Positions 1-11,788 of a stretch of DNA of 64,000 nucleotides are shown here, in pieces (within the stretch, counting starts at the first letter, position 1; each line of letters opens with the position of its first letter). The DNA comes from Neodothiora populina (Eukaryota): the NCBI RefSeq assembly GCF_041146345.1, contig NW_027191409.1, positions 186,001 to 250,000 on the forward strand. Direction: 5' to 3'. The notes beneath the pieces were generated by a model, which was not told the origin of the DNA, did no database searches, and saw only the letters and a program-made list of their open reading frames with translations. The position numbers and the translations under genes were made by a program.

Positions 1-1450
1 CGGAGGTTGGGGCCTGCGGCAAGGGTGTTGGGGGACTCCTGGAAGCCGGACAGGTAGGCGGAATTCTGGTGTCGGACTCCTGGATTGTAGAAGGCATCCT
101 GGTTGCGGACATCGCTGAAATCCGTAGTGGCAGCACGGTTCAGGCCACGTCTTTGCGATTCAGCTTGGATAGCCTGGATTTGGGGCATGGGTGGGCTGAG
201 CCTCTGCCTCGGCTGCTCCTTGAAGACATGCACAGCGCGCTGCTCCGCGGTGCCCTTGGACATGTGCATGAGACCCATGTGGTGAGCGATCGTGTGCACG
301 ATGCGGCGCTGCGGGGGAGTCAAGTCTGCAGGGAAGACAACGAGATCCTTGGCGGTGTCTTCCTTGAACAGAAGGAGCTTAGAGTAGACGTTCAGAGATT
401 CAGGATCATTGAGGTCCACAGCTGAGGTAGTCAGCACATCTGCAGAGGGGCGGCGAAGATGAACTTGATCTCCCATACCTGGAGCGACGTTTCTGGCCGA
501 AACAGGAGAAGGCGAGGTGGGTGGAGGCGGGAAGTGCGAGTTCAACGATGACATGGACGCCTGGCTATGCAAGGCAGAAGCCGGCATGGGCCTGTGCTGT
601 TCCTCGAGCTGTCCCCTGCGCTCACGCTTCTCACGCTCGATCCTTTCCCGCTCGGCGGCGGGTAGCATTTTCTTGTATTCAACCCTCAATTTCCTACCCT
701 GGAGTTCGAAATGGTTCAGGTTGTCGATGACGGCCGCAGTCTCGTCTGGCGAGGTGAAGTTTGCAAATGCCAGTCCACGGAAGACGCCGTTGTCGAAGTG
801 GTAGTTGAAAGCGTAAGGGAGGGGGAGGCCCATGTCAGTCATGAGCTGGACAAGCTGCTCTTTCTTAACGGCGAAAGGAATATTCTTTATAACGATAGCG
901 GTAGGAATGAGCTCCTCGTCAGGCTCGGAACTGAGCTGATCGGATCTGATGGGCGATGCACCCATGACGCCGCCACCGAGGCCTAGGTAGGGCGAGACTG
1001 ACTGCATCTGCTGCGGCTGGTCCATCCACGCCTGTGTTCTGGTTAGCTGGTTGTGATACTCGTTGAACTCGCATGTTCCAGTCTTACCGTAGGGATGCCC
1101 GCCCGGGTCTTCTGGGGAGGCTTCATGGAGCGGTTGCCTGCACCCAGCGACGCCAGAGAATTGTTTCCGCCAAAGGCCGAGTTGTTCCAGGTTTGCGCGC
1201 CCATCTCATAGCCTCCACCGCCATAGTTTGGCTGGATGGCCGCCGGCATTCTGTTGTCGTTGAAGCGAGGGGCGTCGTAGCGTTGTGCGTGGTCGTCGGC
1301 AGTATAAAGACCGGAGGGAAGGTGGCCGGCGAAAGAGTCGAATTGACGCGATGCTTGGCGGTGAAGAGTCTGAGAAGGATGACGCTGCGCTGTGGGCGAG
1401 CGACTCTGGGGGGGATTGTCATAGTACATGTCTGGTTGCTGGAAGCTCAT
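1..1450 (-). CDS. PIN4: Pin4/Cip2-like RNA-binding protein (RRM + R3H), 3' end beyond window
   Basis: ATG at 1450; intron 1087..1032 (GTAAGA..CAG). Exon 2 translates to ELIPTAIVIKNIPFAVKKEQL..YAFNYHFDNGVFRGLAFANF..GRKLRVEYKKMLP (RRM). After a second intron (~478..422) the frame reads RRIVHTIAHHMGLMHMSKG (R3H). Confidence 0.85.
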
Positions 1451-4100
1451 GATGAGCGATGGGCAAGGGCCTGTGGCACCTCGGAGTCCTCGTGGAAAGT
1501 GTATGTAGTAGTTGTCGTGGAGATGGACAAAAGCGGTGACAGGTCGGCTTCAGCGACAGTCGAACTTGGCAACTCTACTCTGGAATTCACCGACACCCTG
1601 TTCGGACCAACTCACAGATGAACCGTTATGGCGGCGAACGGTGAGAAGGAGGATGAGGAGGGGCAGTGAAGATCGAGGCGACCGAGATAGGGTCGGGTCG
1701 CGCTGTGGAGGAAGCGTGAGGAAGGGCCAAAATTGTGCCTGCACTCACAGAATCTCCCACGTCGAATCTTTTTGATATGGTCTCAAAAAAGTATGAAAAT
1801 ACCTTATGCAAGACCCGGAGAGGTATGCAAAGAAGATAGTAATGTACAGTAGATCACGTCGTCAATGTTTTTTTAGTTTGTTAGGTTTCGACGACGTTGA
1901 TTAGATCGTAATGGCGGCGGTGTCTGTGATGGGTTTAAGTGTCGCTGGCTTCCTTGAGTAAAAGAGTTGCTCTGCTTGCTTGCTTCCGTCGTGATTCGTC
2001 GCCGCGTTATGTCATTAACTCCAAGAACGACAAAGAGAAGGCGACAGCTGAACGACAGACACGAGGCACACCAAAGAAATGGAGATAGATGCTGTGCAAA
2101 TGCTTCCTTAGACAATGCGCTTTGCTTTCAAAAGCAACAGTGTGCAGCCGTTGTAACGGGCCGTGGTTGCGAGGCTGTATTCAACTCGAACTCGACCGGA
2201 GGGGCGTAGAGGGGGGGGAGAGAATGAAATTTGACTTGGAAGTTTGGCTTGATCCGGTGTGGGAGGGCCCGCTCTTGGCACGGTTTGCATACAATGAGGT
2301 GTACTTGTACTTGTACAGTAATGCAGTGCGGTGGACACTGGAATTGTAAGGTAGTGTGAAAATCAGGCAAGGTATGATGTCGGCGCCCAAAGTCTGTGAG
2401 GTAAAATGTACCTGAGTTGCCGCTGGACTGGGCAACGCGGGCGACCGTTGATTTTGTGCAAGTTGCTCAGATATGCGAACGTGCAAATCGCCCTGCTGCA
2501 AATTCGGGCGAGCCCTGTGCGTAGGTAAGGTAAGGTACTTGTACCTTAGGATAGGTACTGAAAGTGTGATGGCGCGCGTCGTCTGCTTATCGACTTTGTT
2601 TGCTGATACTTATTAAGACCGTTTGTGGAAGGTATATGGTATAGTATACAGAGCACAGAAAACAGCGACAGGAAGGCTGAGCAGGCGGCAGTCAGTCCCG
2701 ACACAGTGTGGGTATGCTCGAACAACTAGAGATACAACAGGAAATGGTCGTAGTCAGGTGGAGGAGAGCGAGGGAGAAGAGAGGTCTTGTTGAAATGGAC
2801 CCGTGGCCTGGTAGATATTCAGGGGACCTGCACAAGCTGCTAGACGAAATCGCCTTTCTATCGCCCTAGCGTGGGTCTTACCATCTTGCTACGGTCGAGA
2901 TTATTCGATAATTACACCAGCGAACAATAATGCCTCTCAGAAGATCAGAGCCCGTCATATTTCATCAGCAGCTGCCCGGGCGAGCCAAGCCAAGACCAGA
3001 GTGGCTACCTAGTTTCTGGCGACCTAATTGTACAGCACTTGTGACTAAAAACACTTGCAGATGCACATGTACATGTAGTGAGCGAAAGGCGCGCCACAGA
3101 GATCTCGCTCATCATCTGGTGTGTCCAGGTGATTATATTCCTCCTCATCCATCTGTCCAATGACCTTACCCTGCCTCACTTTTCTCTGTGTATGCAATGA
3201 CGCGTGTGACCGTCGACCCTTAATGCACCCTCCAAGCTCGGCACTTCCTGGCCGCCTAATGCAAGAGGTACGATCTTCGGAACACCGCTAGAAGGAGCTA
3301 AGTCCCACGCGCTCTGTTCGCCCTATGGCTGACCTCCCAAGCCGTTTCCCACGCCTGTCCTGACCATGACCCCATCTGCCCTGACCGCCTCATCATGGCT
3401 TCGAGTCCATTCTTTGCATAAAATCGCTCGTATCTTGCATGGTAAAATCGCCGGCTCACTGCCAAACTACGGCATTTGGGTCGAACCATGACGCTTCCCA
3501 GGGTCTTCTTGATCTTGCACTGTCACCGGGGCCAGCTTTTCCTGGTCTAGCTCTACGGGGGAAGCACCCGCATGTCCCGTTGCTTCCACGAGCGGCGGCC
3601 CGGCCAACCTTGACCCCGACCACCACATTGGAATAAAGCGTCTCATTACATCCGCCAATCTATAATATATGTTGAGTTGCGCATCGAACACCGCCTGGCT
3701 TATCTCGTCCGAGCTTATCAACCCTGTAATGTCTCGAGCGGCTCGCTCTCATATGCTGTGTTTTGCTGTCTGCCAGATCAATGGCTCTGACTTGCATCGG
3801 CCCTATGTACAGGGTACGAATCTCAGATCTGGAGATGGCCATTATTCGTCCACGCTTTACCACCGCTCCAACGTATACTGTACATGTTGCGGTATGGACT
3901 TGGCATATACCATTTTGTGATCTAGTATCGAAGCCCGTGTGCCTTCTTGCTGACCTTCCGGTGATCCTGCAAACCCGGTTTACGTATTGACAGACAGCGC
4001 TTCCATACGTTTGTCACCATCTGCGCCTGCATCTTCATTTACCCCTGGATGAACAGCGTATCTGCTTTACAATCGCATATCGGAGATGCCCAACACCTCT

Positions 4101-5595
4101 TCAATTTGAAACGGCCGCATTTGTCTCATCTCTACATTGGCGTAAGAACGGTATCAGGGTGGTTCCTCCAGTTCCGTGCAGTTGAAGCGACTCTCCGCGT
4201 CCAGGCTCTTCCAATATACCATTGCTTTTGTTGGTTTGCCTAGCTTGTGCGCTCGAAGCGCTCGCCAGGTTAAGTGCACCATCATCCTGCCAGGGCACCG
4301 CTGTGCGCGCAGGAGTGATGATATATCGTGTTACAAGCTGAATGTGACCCCCCTCAGTGCCGCTAGCGCTGATACAGCCATGCCGTATGCTTTTCGTACG
4401 GCGTGATCTTTTGGCCGACTTAGGCAGTACGAACGGATATTCGAGCTTGATTCGACAGCTTCAATGAAACGACGATGTCCACCAGGCATGTATGACCGCA
4501 TATCCTTCACTTTACGTCAGTCCTACCATGAACAAGAATGTCGCGTGGAGATGACCACTCACTGTTATGAAAGCTTGTGCTTTTGCCGTCTTCTCGGGAC
4601 CATCACCGCTCGCAAAATGCTTCACCCCGAGGAAAGCGTCGAAGAATTGGATGAGCGAGCTCTGTGCGTTGCTACCACCGCTGTACTGTCGCCAGACTCC
4701 CTTGCCATTGCCCTCGTCATAGAACACACCGTGGGGTAGACCAGCAGCTGCCATGTTCTTCGAGCCAGCAAGGAACGGTCGAATCACATGATAGAACACG
4801 TGGGGATCACACTTCTCGTACATACGGCCCAAAAGCAACGAAAGATCATCTATGCATTCGGCAAGAGCGATCAGCGCCTCACTCACGCTTTGCTCATCGT
4901 CCGTCAGGGCAGCACGCATGGCTCCCAACAAGTCGGGGAAAACACGTGCGCCCCGCGCTTCCATGGCCACCGAGATCAGGTAAAACCACGACTCGTCGCT
5001 TGAACCAGTGTATGAAAGATTCGTCATCAAGTCCTCCGGCAAAGATACGTCGACACTGGGGTCGATGGTGTTCCAGTTGAAGAGGTTCGTGACCGCGTAA
5101 GGAGCGCAAGGTTTGAGTTCAAGATGCGCCGCTACCTTCAGGAAGGGTACGGTGATCGACGGCGGCAACCGCTATATGAAATCGATCAGTGCCGTTTTCT
5201 GGGAAGGGGACGCCTGGCTTGCTTACCTCTGATGGTCGATCACCAGCCCAAATATACGAATGTGTAAAGTAACCCAGGACCGCACATGCTCGCTGCCACT
5301 CTGCTCGCGTTCGAAGGTGATTTGTGTGCAGAACTGGCAGCCCATCTATCTCCAAGCGCAGTCTTCGACTCCTGATCAGAGTGGGAAGATTGCGGGCGAT
5401 GCGTTCCCATGGCTCGTAATATGGACTTTCAAGGCTACGAAGAGGAGCATCGGATGACAGAAATCCGTGTTTGACAGAAATTCCGTAGGGCTCAAGATCC
5501 GGGACCGGTTGAAATGGTATCGATGACAGTGGCTTCGTGGACTCATGAGTCGAGAAAGGGAAAGTAGCCTGAGGTTCTAGAGCGCTAGGGGACAT
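4101..5595 (-). CDS. Indoleamine 2,3-dioxygenase (BNA2/IDO family); exon 3 carries an apparent 1-nt frameshift at 4348-4353
   Basis: Exons 5595-5227, 5171-4563, 4504-4101. Motifs DESWFYLISVAME, FYHVIRPFLAG, YSGGSNAQSSLIQFFD, DMRSYMPGGHRRF; then, in a shifted frame, HIQLVTRYII and GTGGTTLIPFLRQCRDET. Confidence 0.93.
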
Positions 5596-5898
5596 GGTGG
5601 AATACAGGACAGCGGAGTGACTTATTTGTTCTTGATCACAGGACCTTTAGGAACATCGGCCACGGTGAGTCTGCCATTATATTTCCTGCCTGTCGCTCTC
5701 ATTGGACAAATTTCAGCTCTGCCCAAGAGGAAAATTCCGCCTCATCAAAGTCCTGTTCAAGAGGCTAAGAATGAACATCGCCTGACTCTCTTGCGATTAG
5801 TGTGGGCCTCTCTACAGGCTAACAAGCAAAAGAACCTCCTCGTCACTCATCCGATAGTCCACGATCGGTAATTACTTCTACTTGGCAATATTCTGTAA

Positions 5899-6062
5899 TC
5901 AAGAACACCGACATCTGTTGCGATGATGCGTGTGCAGAGGCTGTGAATTGTAACGTCGGCGTTCAAGAACACCGGCATTCAAGAGAAAATCCCGGTTCCG
6001 GCGAATCCTCAACCTACAGGCCCACCCCAATCGTCACCACCACCGGTGTTGGTGAACACCGG
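5899..6062. promoter_or_regulatory. Repeated AACACCG(G) motif in the IDO/kynureninase bidirectional promoter
   Basis: TCAAGAACACCG at 5899-5910 and 5963-5974; CCGGTGTT (reverse copy) at 6043-6050; GAACACCGG at 6054-6062. Regulatory function is inferred. Confidence 0.45.
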
Positions 6063-6333
6063 CCGCAACCACCGAGACACCCGCTGATGCCAGCAAGGTA
6101 TGTTTGATGGTTTACGCTACGGCGAATGGTATTGTAGAGTGGCATTATGTCTAGCATAACTGAAAAAGGTTCGTGGTAGACTACTGTATATAACCCAGAA
6201 TCCAGGTTTTCATTCTTCATTGGACCCATTACTCCTTGCCTGCCTTGTTCATTGCATGGTTTCGTGATCTGTCCATCGATCTCAAATCCTTCAATCTCAT
6301 CTTCTTCGAAACACACACATTTATTACACGAAG

Positions 6334-7889
6334 ATGGCCATCAAGCAGAGTGAGCCTACGAGGCAACAGGCGACGGCCAAGACTCACTACGGTGCTGAGG
6401 CAAAGTCTGTCGACTATGCGAGGAAAATGGACGCTCAAGATCCGCTCAAGCATCTACGGGAGCAGTTCATCATTCCCTCGGTGACAGATATCAGCCGCGG
6501 AGAGCTAAGCACGAACGGTATGTTTTGACGTACTCCCTCCAATGACCCGAAAGAAGTGTTGCGGAAGCCACATTTACATATACGCTGACCATTTCTTTGC
6601 GCCTCGCCACAGACGACAATGCGGAAAAGAGCATCTACTTCTGCGGCAACTCACTGGGTCTGCAGCCCAAAGCCGTTCGCGAGTACGTCAATGGCCAGCT
6701 GTCGACGTGGTCCACAATAGCAGTCAAAGGCCATTTCCAGACTCTGGAGTCATCACCGATCAAGCCATGGCAGCACATGGCACAGTCGTGCGCCGAGGCC
6801 AGCGCGCCCATCGTCGGTGCTCTGCCGTCCGAAGTTGCCATCATGAACTCGCTCACGGTGAATCTTCATTTCTTGCTCGCGAGCTTCTATAGACCCACAG
6901 CCAAGCGTAACAAGATCATCATGGACTGGAAGGCCTTTCCGAGTGATCACTACGCCATCGAGACTCAGATTCAATGGCATGGATATGATCCCAAGGAAGC
7001 CATGGTTCTCGTGGCGCCTGATGACGACTTCACGATCTCTACCCAGAAGATCTTAGACACTATTGACGAGCACGCTGCCGATGCGGCGCTGTTCTTACTG
7101 CCTGGTATCCAGTACTACAGCGGGCAGTACTTTGACATCAAGACCATAACCGCTCATGCGCGCTCAAAAGGCATGATGGTCGGCTGGGACCTCGCCCACG
7201 CCGCAGGCAATGTACCCGTCAAATTGCACGACTGGGACGTCGATTTCGCGTGCTGGTGTACATACAAATACATGAACGGAGGTCCCGGTTCTATTGCTGG
7301 CATCTTCGTACACGAGCGTCACAGCAAGATCCGCGTCACGGAAGATGCTGAAACTGGCACTTCACTTTCCTTCCCACTCAGACTGGCTGGCTGGTATGGC
7401 CATGAGCTCAAGACACGGTTCAACATGGATAATCAGTTCGTTCCTATTGATGGTGCTGGAGGCTGGCAGGTGTCGAATCCCTCGGCTATCGATCTCGCGT
7501 CGCTCGCTGGTGCGCTGTCTGTGTTCAATTTCACTTCCATCGAGGCTTTGAGGGAAAAATCGCTCAATTTAACGTCCTATGCTGAATTCTTGTTCGACGA
7601 CATCCTCGCAACTTTGTCCGCTTCTGATGAACGGCAAGACAAGAACCCAGTGTTCAGGATCATCACACCTCTTGATCCGGAAGCTCGTGGAGCTCAACTC
7701 TGCGTATTGTTGCTTCGACCTGGTCTGCTCGATGTTGTTATGAAAGGGCTTGGCGATGCGGGAATGATCGTCGATAAGAGACAGCCTGATGTCGTGCGCA
7801 TCGCTCCTGTGCCATTATACAACACGTTCGAGGAGGTATATAGATTTGCTCGGAAGTTCGAGGAGGCTTTGGTGGGGTTCCTTTCGTAG
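6334..7889 (+). CDS. BNA5: Kynureninase (PLP-dependent)
   Basis: Exon 1 6334-6517, intron 6518-6612, exon 2 6613-7889. Motifs YFCGNSLGLQP, MNSLTVNLH, AFPSDHYA, GWDLAHAAGN, WCTYKYMNGGPG (PLP lysine), RIAPVPLYN. Confidence 0.95.
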
Positions 7890-8055
7890 ATACACAAAGC
7901 AGAGTATTGGAAATACAGAAAAAACAGGCTTCACTTCCAATCATTCAGCTTCAATAGTGTACCATCAGTGTCGGTTGATCCACGATGAGCCGTCATAGAA
8001 ACGGCAATATCGAAGGTTTTGTGATAGTAGCCGTATTAGCAGACACATTAATCGA

Positions 8056-10458
8056 TCATGTGAATGGACCCATATGTCCCAAGCCGTCGAGAGAGAATGT
8101 TCCATTCATATCGGAATTGGCGCCTACAGAAAGTGTCGGCCAAAGGTCGAAATTGGCGAATGAGGGCTCACTCCAGTCCAATAAGTAGTCCAGACCCACC
8201 GCATGGTCAGTATTATACACAGTCGGATCAAGCATCTCGCCGACTGCCAAGTCCATATCAGATCTCACTTCATGAATCGATGTGTTTGTGTTGCTCGTGG
8301 TCTGGGTAGACGTCTGAATAGGCTGGGTGGATCTGCCTTGACGGGGTTTGTGGGCTTTTCTGAACACTTTGAGCACGTTTCGCAAGAATTTCGCTTGCAG
8401 TCCACATCCCGAGTGCGGCGGAGCATTTTGCGCGTCGAACACCTTGGAAGCGCCGCTGATGGCCTCAATGGCGGGCCCTTCAATCTCACTGCGAATCTCT
8501 GGAGAAACAGACAGAAGGAGCTATACTCATTTTTAGCATCGTCTCCTTCGAGGCTGTCCAGTCTATGTAGACAAGAACCTTATCCATGAAACACTGACCT
8601 TGATGAGGAAGATACTGCTGTAAGCGATCATGATGTTTATCGAATCTTGTACCAAGTACAGTAGCTCTGAATAGTCTGGTCGAGCTAAAAGTTGTAGCAT
8701 TTCTACTGCACTCGAGAAGCTGACCAACAAGGGCTGCTTGTCGATTGACTCTTCTGGTAGTGAAGACGTCAACGATGCATGAAGGGGAAATAGAGAAAAC
8801 AATAGGCGTAGGTTTGTGCCATAGAAAGCAATGAAGAATTGATAAAGAGAATCGTTCCCTGGAGCATGAATTAGTACGTGAAGCATGATTTACGTGATTT
8901 CTGATACACACTGCTTTCCTCCATGGAAGACCAACGAGACTTCCATCGCGTGATATCATGCTGAAATGTGCCCATTAGGCCATCAGTCCGATCTAACATT
9001 GTGTTTTGACTTGAGTTGCGATGAGGGTTTAGCAAATCGAAAACCTCGGATCCAATCAAGCGTAAGGTTACCAGAGCACACAGCAGTCTGTCGTGGCTAG
9101 TTGCCCACGGATCGTCAAACCAAGTATTTGCCGACTCTATCAGTTCATTTCTGCGTATCATTGACGGACTTCCGTTCTGTAGACTTAGGCTGATAAACAG
9201 TCTCATCAGCAACTTTCAATGGCATCGAACTGTGCGAAGCTTACCTTCGATCGTAGAAGTATAACAGCAACCACAGACGCTCGACGTTGCGACGTTCCCT
9301 GATCGAAAGCTCATCTCTATCCGCGTCCTTATCCTGTGAGGATGGAGTGATTTTGTGCAATCCGAGCTCTATACACATCCTGATGACATAGCCTACCGAC
9401 AGCCATGCCCTGGTATCGTCTGGCTCCTTCCAGTAGGTAAGAACCAGGATTGCTTGGACGATATCGACCGACTTCTTTCCTTTTCGAAAACATGTCGCTA
9501 AGAGGTCTTCGGCGTGGTTAAGCAGACCACTGTGAGAAGTCGATTTGAAAGCTTTTGCCGATGCTGCAAGCATAGCAGTGAGCAGAAAAGGTGAGCTTCG
9601 CCGCACATAGTCAAACGTGTGTAGTGCAGGATCGAATTGGCATATATACTTGTTGAGGTCTCGCATGAAACTGTAAGATGCTCGAGTGAGACAAGCTAAA
9701 ATGGCGGATGAAACACAAGGTAGTTACATACGTGGAGTATAAGGCAACAGCAATGGTATGGTTCACAATGCCTTTCTCAATTGGATCATCGGCTTGAATG
9801 AACTGAGGGACATCGCTGATTGCTAGTCGATCTATGTGATTTTGACCATGAGTGATGTTTTCCAATGAGAGCTTGCCTGTCATGGCTTGCTTGTTGAGTG
9901 GACCTGAGGATCGGAAGCCTTCGAGAAGAGCCCATCCCCAGTTATCCTGGTGAAGCCTCTCCCCATGTGTTCGATTACGACTTGCGTCCATGTTCGAGGG
10001 CGACACTGCAGATGCGGGCCTAGCGCTTAATAGCACACGTGGAACTCCGTCGTCAGTAGGTACTGCTTCTGTTGACACTAGGCTCGGCGCCTGAGAGCGT
10101 CTTGTCAAGGTTAGCGTTGGTGTACATAGGTAAGACCTTGACCCTCACTAACCTGCTTGCTGGTTTGCGTCCTCTGCGATGTTTCTCATGTACGCAGGTC
10201 AAAGACTTCTTTGCACATCGATCGCCTTTCCATAGATCAGACCTCGGTACTGAGGTGGGGGCGCGGTTTGTCTTACATGTATCGTTGTTGCCACTGTTCT
10301 TACACTTCATTTTGATCTTCCTACATGCTAGGCATGCATTGACGCTACTAGAGGGTCAATTATAGCGACGGCAGAGATCACAGGTGGCATGCATACCCAT
10401 TCTTGTCAGCACCTTTTGGACGAATGGGCGAGCTCGCCGAGCTAGTGTGGCCACTCAT
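8056..10458 (-). CDS. Zn(II)2Cys6 fungal transcription factor (PriB/Aro80-like middle region)
   Basis: Spliced N-terminus MSGHTSS..NG/SVNACLACRKIKMKCKNSGNNDT/CDRCAKKSLTC gives the six-Cys cluster. The middle region has YWKEPDDTRAWLSVGYVIRMCIELGLH..RNVERLWLLLYFYDR. About 8 exons with GT-AG introns stay in frame to the stop at 8056. Confidence 0.85.
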
Positions 10459-11788
10459 TGTACTTTTTTTTATACTGCACTCTATGAAATATCATGTGGT
10501 CATCTGATAATATCTCGTTACACAAAGTCATGAACTGTCATGTGGTACAAAACAAATGCGATGTTGGCGCTTTAAAGGCTGAACATAATTTTAAGGCAAT
10601 ATCATGGATGCGACTGCATACCTATATGCTGAGCTCTGAGCACACCGGTATGGGAGGTCAACTTTGGTAATCAGGCGGAAAGAGCATGCGGAACCACCCT
10701 ACAAATTATTTTCCTTCTACAAGGCTGCCTCAATATTGTTCCACGCAACCCGTATATGGAGCGCAGGCAACGATACGATAGCATTGTTTGCCCATATTTC
10801 AGTATACACTCTCAGCGATGTGGAGGCTACAACATCAAGACTCAATCATTACATGAAGATCTATGATATTAAAGGTTGTAATTGACTATTCTTGATCGCC
10901 GGTGTGTCGTTCGGAATTCACCGGCAAAGCTATACGCCTTGTTTTTTATGCAGCAACTCGAGGAGCCGCACAAGGCGCTGCATCCATGGTCGATATAAAG
11001 CCTCTCCCGGGCGGGCCTGACTAAATATGCAGCTGGGTCCCTCACCACACTCCCCAGCTACCTAACCGTGCTTACGAATCAGGACGACGAGGGAGCTGTG
11101 CGCCTAACAGTAGTGTAGCTCGGAGTAGCAAAGGCCGCTCAATCCCACAGCGTCTTTAGCACTACCTGTACCTACAGTAAGTACCTATATTTCAGTACTG
11201 TACCTAGCTTTGCCAGCTCGCTACCGCTATTGCGGCATTGGCGTGCCATATCGCAGACTCGTACATCCATAAGTACCTTATCGTGCGAGGTAAGGTAACC
11301 CAGACAACAGGAAATGGATTGCTCGTCGCCAAGCAGTATATCTTACGACGCAGAACAAGAGACGCGGAGGCACTGTGACTGTGAGTGGCCGGTTCCGGTC
11401 ACCGCTCTACATCGGCCGACTATGCATAGCGGCCGGCGCCTGGCTTAGGCAGGTCTTAAGTAGAAAGTCGTGCAAGATAAGGGCAAAGAGGGCAAATCAA
11501 CCAATCGCCAGAATAAAAACAGCATGTATAGGCACAGTGTGCACGGCAAACCCACAGCCTATCCCCCGCAATGGGTGCGGGACATTTTGTACTGCAAGAC
11601 CATGCACAGATGCGTGATAGTCGTGATAAGCTTGAATTGATATTGCGAGATATTGTGCCATCCAAAAAATGTGAACGAGTCTTTCGTCTCCTCGTCCGTA
11701 CATTTGTTTGTTTGTTTGTTTCTTGTCTTCTGTTACCATTTAGTTCTCTGGGGTGCTTGAGTCTACATTACCCGGCTCATCAACAATC

